Positions 26,249-35,553 of a stretch of 57,084 nucleotides of DNA are shown in pieces (within the stretch, counting starts at the first letter, position 1; every line of letters starts with the position of its first letter). The notes under the pieces were generated by a model. The model made no database searches, was not told the DNA's origin, and was given only the letters and a program-made list of their open reading frames with translations. The position numbers and the translations under genes are program-made. Where the stretch lies: NCBI GenBank assembly GCA_002898895.1, contig BEHS01000002.1, forward strand, positions 1 to 57,084. Reading direction: 5' to 3'. The DNA is from a bacterium HR16 (GTDB taxonomy: Bacteria > Armatimonadota > HRBIN16).

Positions 26249-28503
26249 GGAGATTTATCAGCGGTATCCGGCAGCAGTATCCAGCCCGTCATGGCGGGTA
26301 TCCCCAAGGATAGCCACCCACTGCGCTCCACAGCGACACGTTGAGGCGCAGTGCCCCCATCGGAGCGCAATGCCACACGCAAAACGCGCGCTGTCGTCGG
26401 CAACTTGAGCCGAACGGTGGCCGGCTTCTCGCCATTGTTAAGCACCACCAGCACCTGTTCTTTGCCCTGGCGACGCAGGTAGGCATACACGTTTTGCGAA
26501 TCGTCGGTCAACAGGGTGGTCCAGTCGCCGCGGCGCAGAGCGGTATGTTCTTTGCGCAGGCGAATCAGCGCGGTCACATACTCGCGCAACGCCTTACCCT
26601 CCGCAGGGGGATTCCAGTCCATAGGTCGGCGGTTGTCTGGGATGTTTCCGCCCTCCATACCCACCTCGTCGCCGTAGTAGATGGCGGGCGCGCCGGGCAG
26701 GGTCATCTGCAACAGAAAAGCCAGCCGCACTTTGCGCCAGTCTCCGCCACATAGAGTACGCAGGCGGTGGGTGTCGTGACTGCTGAGCATGTTGTACAGT
26801 CCATACGTGACCGCGCGAGGATAGGTCATCGCCAGCAGACGCAGGCGTTCGTCCAGCACAGAGGGCGGAATACGACGGAAAGCCACCCAGTCCAGCACAA
26901 TCCCACGCCAGGGGTAGTTCATCACCGCGTCGAACATGTCGCCGCGCAACCAGTGCGTGGCGTCGCCCCATATCTCGCCGATGATGACTGCATCGGGACG
27001 CACGCGCTTGACCTGCCGGCGGAACTCGCGCCAGAAGTGGTCGGGCACCTCGTTAGCGGTATCCAGGCGCCAACCGTCGAAGGGCACCCGCCGCATCCAG
27101 CGGGTCACCACGTCCAGCAGATAACGGCGCACCTCCGGGTTGTCGTGGTTCAGTTTCGGCACGTACGGGATGTTCCACCAGGCAGAGTAGGGTGGGGGAC
27201 TCTCGATTTTTACAGGGAAACGATGCACGGTAAACCAGTCGCGGTACGCTGACGCCTGTTGTTTCTCCAGCAAATCGCGGAAAGCGAAGAAATGTACGCC
27301 CACATGGTTGAACACGCCGTCCAGCACGAGACGCATTCCCCTCCGCTTGAGTTCACGACACAGGGTGATGAACGCCTCATCGCCTCCGAAATGAGGGTCT
27401 ACGCGGGTGTAGTCATCGGTGTCGTACTTATGGTGCGTGACGGAGGTGAAGATGGGTGTCAGGTAAAGCGCAGTCACGCCCAGTCGATGCAGATAATCCA
27501 CCTTCTGCACCACGCCCCACAGGTCGCCGCCGAAGAACTGGTCGGTACGTCCTGTCTCGTCCAGCGCCCTGTTGGGGTCGGGGTCGTTGGGGTCGGCGTT
27601 CAGGAAGCGGTCGGGCACAATCTGGTAGAAGATGGCGTCCGCCGTCCACGCGGGAACCTTCACCTCTGGCAGCCGTTCCGGCTGCAGGCGGAACCACTGC
27701 ACGGGTTTGGCATCGCTCGCTCCCTGTGGAGAAAGCCACACCTGTTTGCCTCCGTCCTGCACCGAAAACAGGTATCGCAACGGGCGTCGCGGAACGCTCA
27801 ACCGATAGTAGGCGAAGAGCGTATCCTGCGCAACACGCGGCAGTGGCTTCTTCACGAACCGCTTGCCGTCATAGAGGGTGACCTCGACACGCTGCACGTC
27901 GTTTCGCCGCGTGCGCAGGGTGATGACAGCATTCTGCCCGTCGGCGTGCAGATAGAACATTTCGCCCGGCTCGTGGCGCAGGGCAGAGAGGGTAATCACC
28001 CCATCCCCCACGCGCGCCGGCGGATTGACCCCTTTCGCCTCCACCACCAGCAGGGAGTTGATATTGCCCATGCCATCGTCCACGTTCTGCACTGCGTTAG
28101 GGTCGGTGCGCCAGTCGGTACCGTTGACCACAAACTTGTACTGGTACACACCGGGCATCAGGTGCAGGGTAAGCGTCCACGTCTTGCCGCCGTCGTCGCT
28201 ATGCATAGGGGTGCGCCCTATCTGCCAGTCGTTGAACGTGCCTGCGAGGTACACCACCTTCGCCGGTTCATCCAGCCGCAGACGGAAAGTAACGGGAACG
28301 CCCTCCTGCGCCTGTGTCGTGCCTGCGCAAAGCGTCCAGCAGAGGACGAGAAGGAGCGCGATGCAGCGGGTGAGGTAAAACCTAGCCCCCTGTCCCCCTT
28401 CCCTGCGAAGGAAGGGGGAATCGCTCCCCTCTCCCTGTGGGAGAGGGGTTAGGGGAGAGGTTGAACAAGAAGAAGAGGGGCTGGGAAGGAGATTACGATC
28501 CAC
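26245..28503 (-). CDS. GH13 alpha-amylase-family enzyme (neopullulanase/cyclomaltodextrinase-like) with an N-terminal CBM48-like module; start uncertain
   Basis: CBM48-like segment VYLAGTFNDWQIGRTPM...GVYQYKFVVNGTDWRTDPNA. GH13 regions: YLTPIF...HKYDTDDY, LVLDGVFNHV, DGWRLDTANEV, IIGEIWGD and LSSHDTHR. The only canonical in-frame starts upstream of the signal-peptide core are GTG 28503 and ATG 28632. Confidence 0.85.
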   Translation of the reverse strand: MDRNLLPSPSSSCSTSPLTPLPQGEGSDSPFLRREGGQGARFYLTRCIALLLVLCWTLCAGTTQAQEGVPVTFRLRLDEPAKVVYLAGTFNDWQIGRTPMHSDDGGKTWTLTLHLMPGVYQYKFVVNGTDWRTDPNAVQNVDDGMGNINSLLVVEAKGVNPPARVGDGVITLSALRHEPGEMFYLHADGQNAVITLRTRRNDVQRVEVTLYDGKRFVKKPLPRVAQDTLFAYYRLSVPRRPLRYLFSVQDGGKQVWLSPQGASDAKPVQWFRLQPERLPEVKVPAWTADAIFYQIVPDRFLNADPNDPDPNRALDETGRTDQFFGGDLWGVVQKVDYLHRLGVTALYLTPIFTSVTHHKYDTDDYTRVDPHFGGDEAFITLCRELKRRGMRLVLDGVFNHVGVHFFAFRDLLEKQQASAYRDWFTVHRFPVKIESPPPYSAWWNIPYVPKLNHDNPEVRRYLLDVVTRWMRRVPFDGWRLDTANEVPDHFWREFRRQVKRVRPDAVIIGEIWGDATHWLRGDMFDAVMNYPWRGIVLDWVAFRRIPPSVLDERLRLLAMTYPRAVTYGLYNMLSSHDTHRLRTLCGGDWRKVRLAFLLQMTLPGAPAIYYGDEVGMEGGNIPDNRRPMDWNPPAEGKALREYVTALIRLRKEHTALRRGDWTTLLTDDSQNVYAYLRRQGKEQVLVVLNNGEKPATVRLKLPTTARVLRVALRSDGGTAPQRVAVERSGWLSLGIPAMTGWILLPDTADKSP
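28394..28460. repeat. Tandem G/C-rich hairpin repeat (family D)
   Basis: CCCCCTTCC-CTGCGAA-GGAAGGGGG (28394-28418) and CCCCTCTCC-CTGTG-GGAGAGGGG (28426-28448), plus a partial third copy. Related hairpins lie at 37217-37266. Confidence 0.6.
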
Positions 28504-28519
28504 TTCCTGCACCCCTTCC

Positions 28520-29530
28520 TCAAGCCGACGCCCTCTCCACCAGATGGCAGGGCACAATATAGCGCCGCTGGGGTACCTCGCGTTCCTCAATCTGGCGAAC
28601 CAGTACCTCGGTTGCCATCTGGGCAAGGGCACGAATGTCTACCGCTACCGAGCTCAACGGCGGGTCTACGTACTGGCAGAACGGCGAGTCGTTAAAGCCG
28701 ATGACCGCCAGTTGCTGGGGGATACTCATGCCACGCTCCTTTGCGGCGCGCAGCGCACCGATTGCTACGAGGTCGTCCACCGCCACGACCGCTGTGGGTG
28801 GTGCAGGCTGACTGAGCAGGCGACTCATCGTGCGGTAGCCGTGCTCTTCGCCAAAATCGCCCCAGATAACCAGTTCGGGGGCATAGCACAACCCCGCTTC
28901 TTTCAACGCCTGCTGGTAGCCCGTATGACGGTCTTCACATACAAAAAGCCCGCGCGGTCCACCGATATAGGCGATTCGCTGATGCCCTTTGCGGATGAGG
29001 TATTCGGTTGCCATACGCCCTGCGCCGACGTTGTCGTTGTCCACCGAGTACACCGCATCGATGGGTTCGTAGCGACCGATGAGCACGAAGGGGAAGCCTT
29101 CCTCCAGCAGGCGAGGCATACGCTCGTCCTGTGTTTGCGGTTCCACCAGAATCAACCCATCCACACGGCGCGTGCGCAGCAGGTCTTCGTAGATAGCGCG
29201 TCGCGATTGCACCGCGCGTGCCGCATCCACGCACAGGTGGTACCCCGCTTTGCCCGCGAATTCAATAATGGCGGCAATGAGCGTGCTGAAAAAGGGGTCG
29301 CGGGCGAGCTGTTTGGGAGAGCGGTGTACCACCAGCCCCAGAATCCCCGTGCGTTGTGAGCGAAGAGATTGCGCCCGGGCATCGGGTACGTAGCCGTGCT
29401 TCTCGATTACTGCCAGCACGCGCTGGCGCAGCTCCTCGTTGACATGAGGGTCGCCGCGCAATACCCGCGAGACGGTCGCCTGCGACACTCGCGAGAGTTT
29501 GGCTATCTGGTTCTGTGTCAGTTCTGGCAT
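28520..29530 (-). CDS. LacI-family transcriptional regulator
   Basis: HTH segment MPELTQNQIAKLSRVSQATVSRVLRGDPHVNEELRQRVLAVIEKHGYVPDARAQSL, followed by a periplasmic-binding-fold domain. It is co-directional with the GH13 gene. Confidence 0.9.
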   Translation of the reverse strand: MPELTQNQIAKLSRVSQATVSRVLRGDPHVNEELRQRVLAVIEKHGYVPDARAQSLRSQRTGILGLVVHRSPKQLARDPFFSTLIAAIIEFAGKAGYHLCVDAARAVQSRRAIYEDLLRTRRVDGLILVEPQTQDERMPRLLEEGFPFVLIGRYEPIDAVYSVDNDNVGAGRMATEYLIRKGHQRIAYIGGPRGLFVCEDRHTGYQQALKEAGLCYAPELVIWGDFGEEHGYRTMSRLLSQPAPPTAVVAVDDLVAIGALRAAKERGMSIPQQLAVIGFNDSPFCQYVDPPLSSVAVDIRALAQMATEVLVRQIEEREVPQRRYIVPCHLVERASA

Positions 29531-29644
29531 GGCTTAGGAATGGAATACGTATTCTGGTAAACAGTATATCCGCGTTGGGCAGGGATGTCAAGATGTGGGT
29601 TCCTTTCAGTCGCGCGAAGGAGTATAATATGTGCGGTGATAACT

Positions 29645-29923
29645 ATGGCACGAGCTGTGGTGACAATAGACAACGAGGGGCGGATATGCCTGCCTCAGCC
29701 GCTACGAGACGCTCTGCGCTGGGAGGAGGGTACTCTTCTGAAAGCTGAAGTGTCAGATTCTGGACATTTACTTCTCCATCCAATAGAAGAGGAGCCTTTG
29801 CTAGTGGAAAAGGACGGGGTTCTGGTGGTGCGCAGTTCATCAAGTGCTGAAATTGAAAAAGATCTGGAAGCCCTCCGCTTACCCCCAGCCCTCACCATGA
29901 GCAGGGAGAAAGAGGTTCAATAA
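29645..29923 (+). CDS. AbrB/SpoVT-domain protein (antitoxin-like), solitary
   Basis: MARAVVTIDNEGRICLPQPLRDALRWEEGTLLKAEV... has the swapped-hairpin motif. No toxin ORF follows. Confidence 0.6.
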   Translation: MARAVVTIDNEGRICLPQPLRDALRWEEGTLLKAEVSDSGHLLLHPIEEEPLLVEKDGVLVVRSSSSAEIEKDLEALRLPPALTMSREKEVQ

Positions 29924-29958
29924 ACAACTGAACATTCACAGTCGGAGTGGGGTCAAGC

Positions 29959-31251
29959 ATGATCGAACGCTACACTCGCCCTGAAATGGCGAAAATCTGG
30001 GATATCGAGCACCGCACGCAGAAGTGGCTGGAGGTAGAGCTGGCGGTTTGCGACGGGCTGGCAGAGTACGGCTACATCCCTCGCGAAGCGGCGCAGACCA
30101 TCCGCGAACGTGCCCGCTTTGACCTCCAGCGCATGGCGGAGCTGGAGAAAGAAACGCGCCATGACGTGATGGCGTTTGTGCGCAACGTGGAGGAGAACGT
30201 TGGCGCTGAAGGGCGTTACGTGCATTACGGTATCACCTCATACGATGTGGTGGATACTGCACTGGCGCTGCTGCTGCGCGATTCGTGCGACCAGCTCATC
30301 GCCCGCAGCCATCGCCTTGCGCAGGTGATTGCCCGCCTCGCCCGCGAGCACAAGCACACGCCGATGATTGGGCGCACGCACGGCATCCACGCCGAGCCTA
30401 TCACCTTCGGCTTCAAGCTGGCAGGCTGGTACGACGAGATGCGGCGTAACCTGCAGAGGCTGGAGTTCGCGCGAGAGATGGTGAGTGTGGGTAAGGTATC
30501 GGGCGCGGTGGGCATCCATGCCAACGTGGACCCGCGCGTGGAAGAGTACGTATGTACCAGGCTGGGTTTAAAGCCTGCGCCTGCTTCCACGCAGATTATC
30601 TCGCGCGATGTGCACGCCACCTACCTCAGCACGCTGAGCATCCTCGCCGCCTCACTGGAGCGATTCGCCACCGAGCTGCGCAATCTTCAGCGCACGGAGA
30701 TTCTGGAGGTGCAGGAGTACTTCGCGCCCGGACAGACGGGTTCTTCCGCCATGCCCCACAAGCGCAACCCGTGGAACTGCGAGACGGTGTCAGGCCTGGC
30801 GCGGGTGGTACGCGGCTATCTTATCCCCGCTCTGGAGAACATCGCCACCTGGCACGAGCGTGACCTGTCCAACTCCAGCGTGGAACGCATTATCCTGCCC
30901 GACGCCAGCATCCTGGTGGACTGGATGCTGTGGAAGCTGACCGATATTCTGGAGCACCTCGCCGTCTTCCCGGAGAACATGAAGCGCAACCTGCAGAAGT
31001 TTGGCGGTCTGGTGTTCAGCGAACATGTGATGCTGGCGCTGGTAAGCAAGGGTCTGTCACGCGAGCAGGCGTATAAACTGGTACAGCGCAACGCGGCGAA
31101 GGCGTGGGAAGGGGCGGACTTCCAGCAGAGCCTGAAAGAGGACGAGGAGGTGCGTCGCGTGCTGAGCGAGGAGGAGATTGACCGCTGTTTTGACCTGCAG
31201 CATCACCTGCGCCACCTGGACGTGACCTTCCTGAGGTTGGGGCTGGAATAG
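29959..31251 (+). CDS. purB: Adenylosuccinate lyase
   Basis: MIERYTRPEMAKIWDIEHRTQKWLEVELAV...SSAMPHKRNP. ATG 29959 follows GGAGTGGGG. Confidence 0.92.
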   Translation: MIERYTRPEMAKIWDIEHRTQKWLEVELAVCDGLAEYGYIPREAAQTIRERARFDLQRMAELEKETRHDVMAFVRNVEENVGAEGRYVHYGITSYDVVDTALALLLRDSCDQLIARSHRLAQVIARLAREHKHTPMIGRTHGIHAEPITFGFKLAGWYDEMRRNLQRLEFAREMVSVGKVSGAVGIHANVDPRVEEYVCTRLGLKPAPASTQIISRDVHATYLSTLSILAASLERFATELRNLQRTEILEVQEYFAPGQTGSSAMPHKRNPWNCETVSGLARVVRGYLIPALENIATWHERDLSNSSVERIILPDASILVDWMLWKLTDILEHLAVFPENMKRNLQKFGGLVFSEHVMLALVSKGLSREQAYKLVQRNAAKAWEGADFQQSLKEDEEVRRVLSEEEIDRCFDLQHHLRHLDVTFLRLGLE

Positions 31252-31273
31252 GACGAGGGGGGCGTTTGTGTTG

Positions 31274-31975
31274 CTACCCGGTAAGCAGAGGGTCGGCAAT
31301 CCCTGCTCTCTCAAACGCCTTTGCTCTTAGCTGGCACGCGGCGCATTGTCCGCAAGGCGGGTACTGCCCCTGGTAGCAGGTGTGCGTATACTTCAACAGC
31401 GGAAGAACGTCCATGTGCTGCGCCAGACGTATCACCGTCGCTTTTGCCTCTACGGCATCGCCCTCTCCCTGAAGTAGGGTGTGGTAGGGGAAATGAAACT
31501 GTAAGGGATACTCGTCCAGAGCCAGCTGCAGGGCTCGCTCCATGCTTTGCAGGAACTGCTGGCGGCAGTCGGGATAGCCGAAGTTATCCCCAGGGTGCAT
31601 CCCGCCGACGATGTGTCGCAGCGAAAGGGAGTAGGCTAATCCCGCCGCCAGCGACAGCAGAATCGCGTTCCGCGCAGGCACGAACGACACAGGCAGTCCG
31701 CGTTCTCGTGCATGCTCTCCCTCTGCCAGACGTTGCGACCACTCGTGCCCCTTCAGCAAGCCGCTTGCCATGCCGTGAGGAAGGACAACACTTGCCTGAT
31801 GCCACTCCATGCCCAGCAAGTCGGCTATCTTCCGGGCACAGGACAGCTCGCGCTCGTTGTGTATGCTGCCGTAGTCTACCGACAGGGCATGATAGGGCGG
31901 AGGCAACGTGCGCTTCGCCCAGGCCGCAGCAACTGCACTATCCATGCCACCGCTGAGAAGTACCAGTGTGCCCAT
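31274..31975 (-). CDS. queC: 7-cyano-7-deazaguanine synthase
   Basis: MGTLVLLSGGMDSAVAAAW... (PP-loop SGGxDS) and C-terminal zinc motif CYQGQYPPCGQCAACQLR. Confidence 0.88.
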   Translation of the reverse strand: MGTLVLLSGGMDSAVAAAWAKRTLPPPYHALSVDYGSIHNERELSCARKIADLLGMEWHQASVVLPHGMASGLLKGHEWSQRLAEGEHARERGLPVSFVPARNAILLSLAAGLAYSLSLRHIVGGMHPGDNFGYPDCRQQFLQSMERALQLALDEYPLQFHFPYHTLLQGEGDAVEAKATVIRLAQHMDVLPLLKYTHTCYQGQYPPCGQCAACQLRAKAFERAGIADPLLTG

Positions 31976-32095
31976 TGGTCAGGCGTCACCTCTTTGGGGA
32001 GATTCTGTTTCATTGTACCACGGAGCCGCATCTCCTCGCAGGAGCTTTCAACCACCGCCACGAACCTCGACATCTACAAAGGAGGGGAACGGAGG

Positions 32096-34591
32096 ATGCT
32101 CGCCATGCTTTGCCTTGTCGCTGTACTGGGAACGGTTCAGCAACCTGTGGAGATTCAGCTCGCCAGTGGGGGGAAGAGCGATTACGCCATCGTGATAGCG
32201 CAAAACGCCTCACCGTCGCAGAGGCGCGCCGCGGAAGAACTACAGCGGTTCTTACAGCAGATGACCGATGCCCAACTGCCCATCGTAACCGATGACCCCG
32301 CATCGCTGTCGCAGGTACGCAAAGCCATTGCGCTGGGCGATAACCGCCTCCTGCGCGAGAGCGGTGTACCGGTGGACTGGAAGGCTCTGGGGGACGAAGG
32401 GTTCGCTATCATCCCACAACCGCCACACCTGTTTATTGTCGGCAGCCCCAAACGTGGCACGATGTATGGTGTGTACAGCTTCCTGGAGGACGGCCTCGGC
32501 TGTCGGTGGTACTCGTCGAAGGTCAGCTTCGTCCCGCGAAAGCGTAACCTGACGATTAAAATCTCTCCACGCACGGAGGTACCCGCCTTCGAATACCGTG
32601 AACCCTACTTCACCGACGCCTGGGATAAGGACTGGGCAGCGCGCAACCGTGTGAACGGTACGTTTCCCCGTCTGGATGAGAGCACGGGCGGTAAGGTCTC
32701 CTACGGACCCTTCGTACACACCTTCTACGCGCTGGTACCGCCTGACCAGTACGCCAAAGACCACCCTGAGTACTACTCGCTGGTAAAGGGCGTGCGCGAC
32801 ACACAACGCGGGCAGCTGTGCCTTACCAATCCCGACGTGCTGCGCATTGCCACCGAGACGGTCAAACGCTGGATACGCGAGATGCCGCAGGCGACCATCT
32901 TCTCCGTTTCCCAAAACGACTGGACCAACCCCTGCGAGTGTGAGAACTGCCGCCGTGTGGTAGAGGAGGAAGGCTCACAGTCTGGTCCGATATTGCGCTT
33001 TGTGAACGCGCTGGCGGAGGAGATCGAGAAAGAGTATCCCGACAAGCTGATAGACACTCTTGCCTACTGGTACACAGAAGACCCCCCGAAATACGTGCGT
33101 CCGAGGCGCAATGTGCGGGTGCGTTTGGCTCCCATCGGCGCGTGCTTTGCCCATCCGTTCGGCACCTGCCAGCAGAACATGAAACAGTTCCAGAACCTGC
33201 AGGCATGGGCGCGTATTACCGACCAGCTGTATATCTGGCACTACACCACCAATTTCGCGCACTACCTGATGCCCTTTCCCAACTTCGACGAGCTGGAGCG
33301 GAGCCTCGCCATCTATCGCGACAACGGGGTGAAGGGTGTGTTTTATCAGGGCAACTACTCGCCGGGCGGAGGTGGCGAGTTCAACGAATTGCGGGCGTGG
33401 GTGCTGGCTAAACTGATGTGGAACCCCGACAGGCACTTCTGGACGCTGGTAGACGATTTCCTGCAAGGTTACTACGGCAAGGCGGCGCCATATATCCGTC
33501 GTTACATCGACCTGATACATCAACCCGTGCGCGAAGGCAAAACCGACTCGGAAGACCGTCGGGCGCACGTACACATCTTTGACCCGCCAACCGCCCCCTA
33601 CCTGCGTCCCGAACTGCTGGAACAGGCGCAGAAGCTGTTCGACTCGGCGGAGAAAGCGGTGCGCAACGAACCGGAAGTATTGGCTCGCGTGCAGCACGCC
33701 CGCCTGTGGGTAGAATACGCCCAGCTGGCACAGCGAATCGGCAAGTGGCAGGTAGTGGGAGACCAGTACGTTGTGGGGCGCGACCCCGAAACCCTGCGTC
33801 TGCGCGATACCGTGCTGGAGAAAATCCGGCGATTCGGCATCACCAACGTAGAAGAGTGGAGTCCTGTTCAAAAGTTCATCGACCGCATCTCTGCTCAGGA
33901 CAAACAATCCTACCCCGTGGTGACATTGCAGAACGGTGCACTGCGCGTGGACATTGTGCCTGCGCTGGGTGGGCGCATCGTGCGCATCCTGCCTGCAGGT
34001 AAGGGGCGCAACATCCTGACCGACGCTGGCAGCACCCCCGAAGCCCCTGCCGATGGAGGCTATGAGGAATACGCTACCCGCGAGTACCGCAGCATCGGCT
34101 GGCGCGATGTGTTTACGGTCAAAATGGCTTCACCGACACAGGTGTTGCTGGAACTGAAGCTGCCGAGCGGGTTAGAGATACTGCGCACGGTGAGCCTGAT
34201 AGGTGACAGTGCCATGCTGGTAGTGGAAAGCACCTATCGCAATAGCGGGCAGTCTCCGCTCAAGGTCAGCCCGCGTAGCCATCCCGAGTTTGCCTGCGGT
34301 GAAGGGGCGCGCTATACGTGGCGTAGCGTGGCTGGCGCCAGAGGCGAGCAGGTGGTGGCAGATTTCGGATATATGGAGCTCAGGCAGGAGAACCTGCCGG
34401 ACGGCGAGGTAGTTCTGCAGACGCGCGGGATGCCCACGCTGCGTCTGCGCTTTCCCCGCGAGGAGGTAGAGCAGGTGTACCTGAACTGGCATGCGCCTGC
34501 CCACCGCGCCAACATCGAACTGTTCCTGCCGGAAAAGGAGCTGAAGCCGGGAGAGAGTGTGAGACTGCGATGGGAGATGGTCGTGCAGTAG
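32096..34591 (+). CDS. DUF4838-family secreted protein (glycosidase-like)
   Basis: ATG 32096 follows AAAGGAGGGG, with signal peptide MLAMLCLVAVLGTV. Family-typical segments: QLCLTNPDVLRIATETVKRWI...FSVSQNDWTNPCECENC...LIDTLAYWYT. The track ORF start at 31712 overlaps queC and is rejected. Confidence 0.75.
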   Translation: MLAMLCLVAVLGTVQQPVEIQLASGGKSDYAIVIAQNASPSQRRAAEELQRFLQQMTDAQLPIVTDDPASLSQVRKAIALGDNRLLRESGVPVDWKALGDEGFAIIPQPPHLFIVGSPKRGTMYGVYSFLEDGLGCRWYSSKVSFVPRKRNLTIKISPRTEVPAFEYREPYFTDAWDKDWAARNRVNGTFPRLDESTGGKVSYGPFVHTFYALVPPDQYAKDHPEYYSLVKGVRDTQRGQLCLTNPDVLRIATETVKRWIREMPQATIFSVSQNDWTNPCECENCRRVVEEEGSQSGPILRFVNALAEEIEKEYPDKLIDTLAYWYTEDPPKYVRPRRNVRVRLAPIGACFAHPFGTCQQNMKQFQNLQAWARITDQLYIWHYTTNFAHYLMPFPNFDELERSLAIYRDNGVKGVFYQGNYSPGGGGEFNELRAWVLAKLMWNPDRHFWTLVDDFLQGYYGKAAPYIRRYIDLIHQPVREGKTDSEDRRAHVHIFDPPTAPYLRPELLEQAQKLFDSAEKAVRNEPEVLARVQHARLWVEYAQLAQRIGKWQVVGDQYVVGRDPETLRLRDTVLEKIRRFGITNVEEWSPVQKFIDRISAQDKQSYPVVTLQNGALRVDIVPALGGRIVRILPAGKGRNILTDAGSTPEAPADGGYEEYATREYRSIGWRDVFTVKMASPTQVLLELKLPSGLEILRTVSLIGDSAMLVVESTYRNSGQSPLKVSPRSHPEFACGEGARYTWRSVAGARGEQVVADFGYMELRQENLPDGEVVLQTRGMPTLRLRFPREEVEQVYLNWHAPAHRANIELFLPEKELKPGESVRLRWEMVVQ

Positions 34592-34625
34592 TGATGAAGA
34601 ACCCGTAGCTCTTTACGCAAGTCTT

Positions 34626-34859
34626 CTATTCCCACGAGGCGCGTTCTTCCTCCAGCCACGTATCAGGATTGTTCCAGATGTCTGCGTAAAGCCCTCGTAG
34701 GGCCTCGGTGTAGTTTCTCGGGCGGGGGCGAAGTACCAGTGTGTCCCCACGCAGGTAGAATATTACCTCATCGTGAGGATGGATGCCCAGAGCATCGCGA
34801 ACGCTTTTGGGAATAACGACCTGTCCTTTAGCACCTACTCGCGAACGTGCAACTTCCAT
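34626..34859 (-). CDS. AbrB/MazE-type DNA-binding protein (antitoxin-like), solitary
   Basis: MEVARSRVGAKGQVVIPKSVRDALGIHPHDEVIFYLRGDTLVLRP. ATG 34859 is preceded by GGGAGGTAAAG. Confidence 0.6.
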   Translation of the reverse strand: MEVARSRVGAKGQVVIPKSVRDALGIHPHDEVIFYLRGDTLVLRPRPRNYTEALRGLYADIWNNPDTWLEEERASWE

Positions 34860-34926
34860 CTTTACCTCCCTTGTACTCCTGCAGTAACTTATTGTAGCAG
34901 AAGCAGGCGAAGTTCTCAACTATTGC

Positions 34927-34955
34927 TTGACAGTTCTCGTTTTTCGTATTACTAT
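34927..34955 (+). promoter_or_regulatory. Candidate sigma70 promoter (TTGACA-17-TACTAT)
   Basis: TTGACA at 34927-34932, a 17-nt spacer, then TACTAT at 34950-34955, about 40 nt upstream of ATG 34994. Confidence 0.5.
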
Positions 34956-34993
34956 GCTGTTGCCTGCATTTCATGTACAAGGGGGTGCAAGCC

Positions 34994-35458
34994 ATGCCCG
35001 CGCGCAAATTGAAAGAGTTCCTCGATAGCCACGGCGTGAAGTACGTGACCATCACCCACTCGCGTGCCTATACCTCCCAAGAGGTCGCCGCCTCCGCGCA
35101 CATCCGGGGTAAGGAGTTCGCCAAGACGGTGATGGTGAAGCTGGACGGCAAGATGGCGATGGCGGTGTTACCCGCAACCCGCAGGGTAGACCTGGACGCG
35201 CTGAAGCAAGCCTCAGGCGCACAACGCGCCGAACTCGCCACCGAGCAAGAGTTTCAGTACATGTTTCCCGAATGCGAGACGGGCGCGATGCCTCCCTTCG
35301 GCAACCTGTACGGGATGGATGTGTATGCCGACGCCAGCCTCTCGGAAGACGAGGAGATCGCCTTCAACGCCGGTTCGCATATCGAGGTCATTCGAATGGC
35401 TTACAAGGACTTCGAACGGCTGGTACAACCGAAGATAGCAAACATCGCCAGGGTGTAA
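34994..35458 (+). CDS. YbaK/EbsC-type aminoacyl-tRNA deacylase-domain protein
   Basis: MPARKLKEFLDSHGVKYVTITHSRAYTSQEVAASAHIRGKEFAKTVMVKLDGKMAMAVLPA...GAMPPFGNLYG. Confidence 0.6.
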   Translation: MPARKLKEFLDSHGVKYVTITHSRAYTSQEVAASAHIRGKEFAKTVMVKLDGKMAMAVLPATRRVDLDALKQASGAQRAELATEQEFQYMFPECETGAMPPFGNLYGMDVYADASLSEDEEIAFNAGSHIEVIRMAYKDFERLVQPKIANIARV

Positions 35459-35491
35459 TCATGGGGTAAGACCCCACACGTGCGGCTACCT

Positions 35492-35539
35492 GGAGGGCGA
35501 GGCTTAGAGGTGTTCGGCTCATCGGAAGGTTCGCCCTCC
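35492..35539. repeat. REP-derived hairpin between convergent genes
   Basis: GGAGGGCGAGGCT...AGGTTCGCCCTCC. The arms match the class A REP ends, and it probably works as a bidirectional terminator. Confidence 0.5.
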
Positions 35540-35553
35540 AGGTTGCCGATTGG

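Noticed and set aside
27259-28452. 397-aa plus-strand ORF opposite the GH13 gene
   Set aside because: Antisense shadow frame. The GH13 conserved regions on the minus strand explain this sequence.
28504-28632. ATG 28632 as the start of the GH13 gene
   Set aside because: It would overlap the last 113 nt of the co-directional LacI gene in another frame and add an Arg/Trp-rich peptide. GTG 28503 is more economical, though still uncertain.
31712-32095. N-terminal 128-codon extension of the DUF4838 ORF in the track
   Set aside because: It overlaps queC on the opposite strand. A good RBS, an ATG and a signal peptide occur at 32096.
31976-32095. Possible preQ1 riboswitch upstream of queC
   Set aside because: I could not find the conserved preQ1-I or preQ1-II core sequences or a pseudoknot in the short leader. 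Only an extended -10-like TGGTACAAT is visible.
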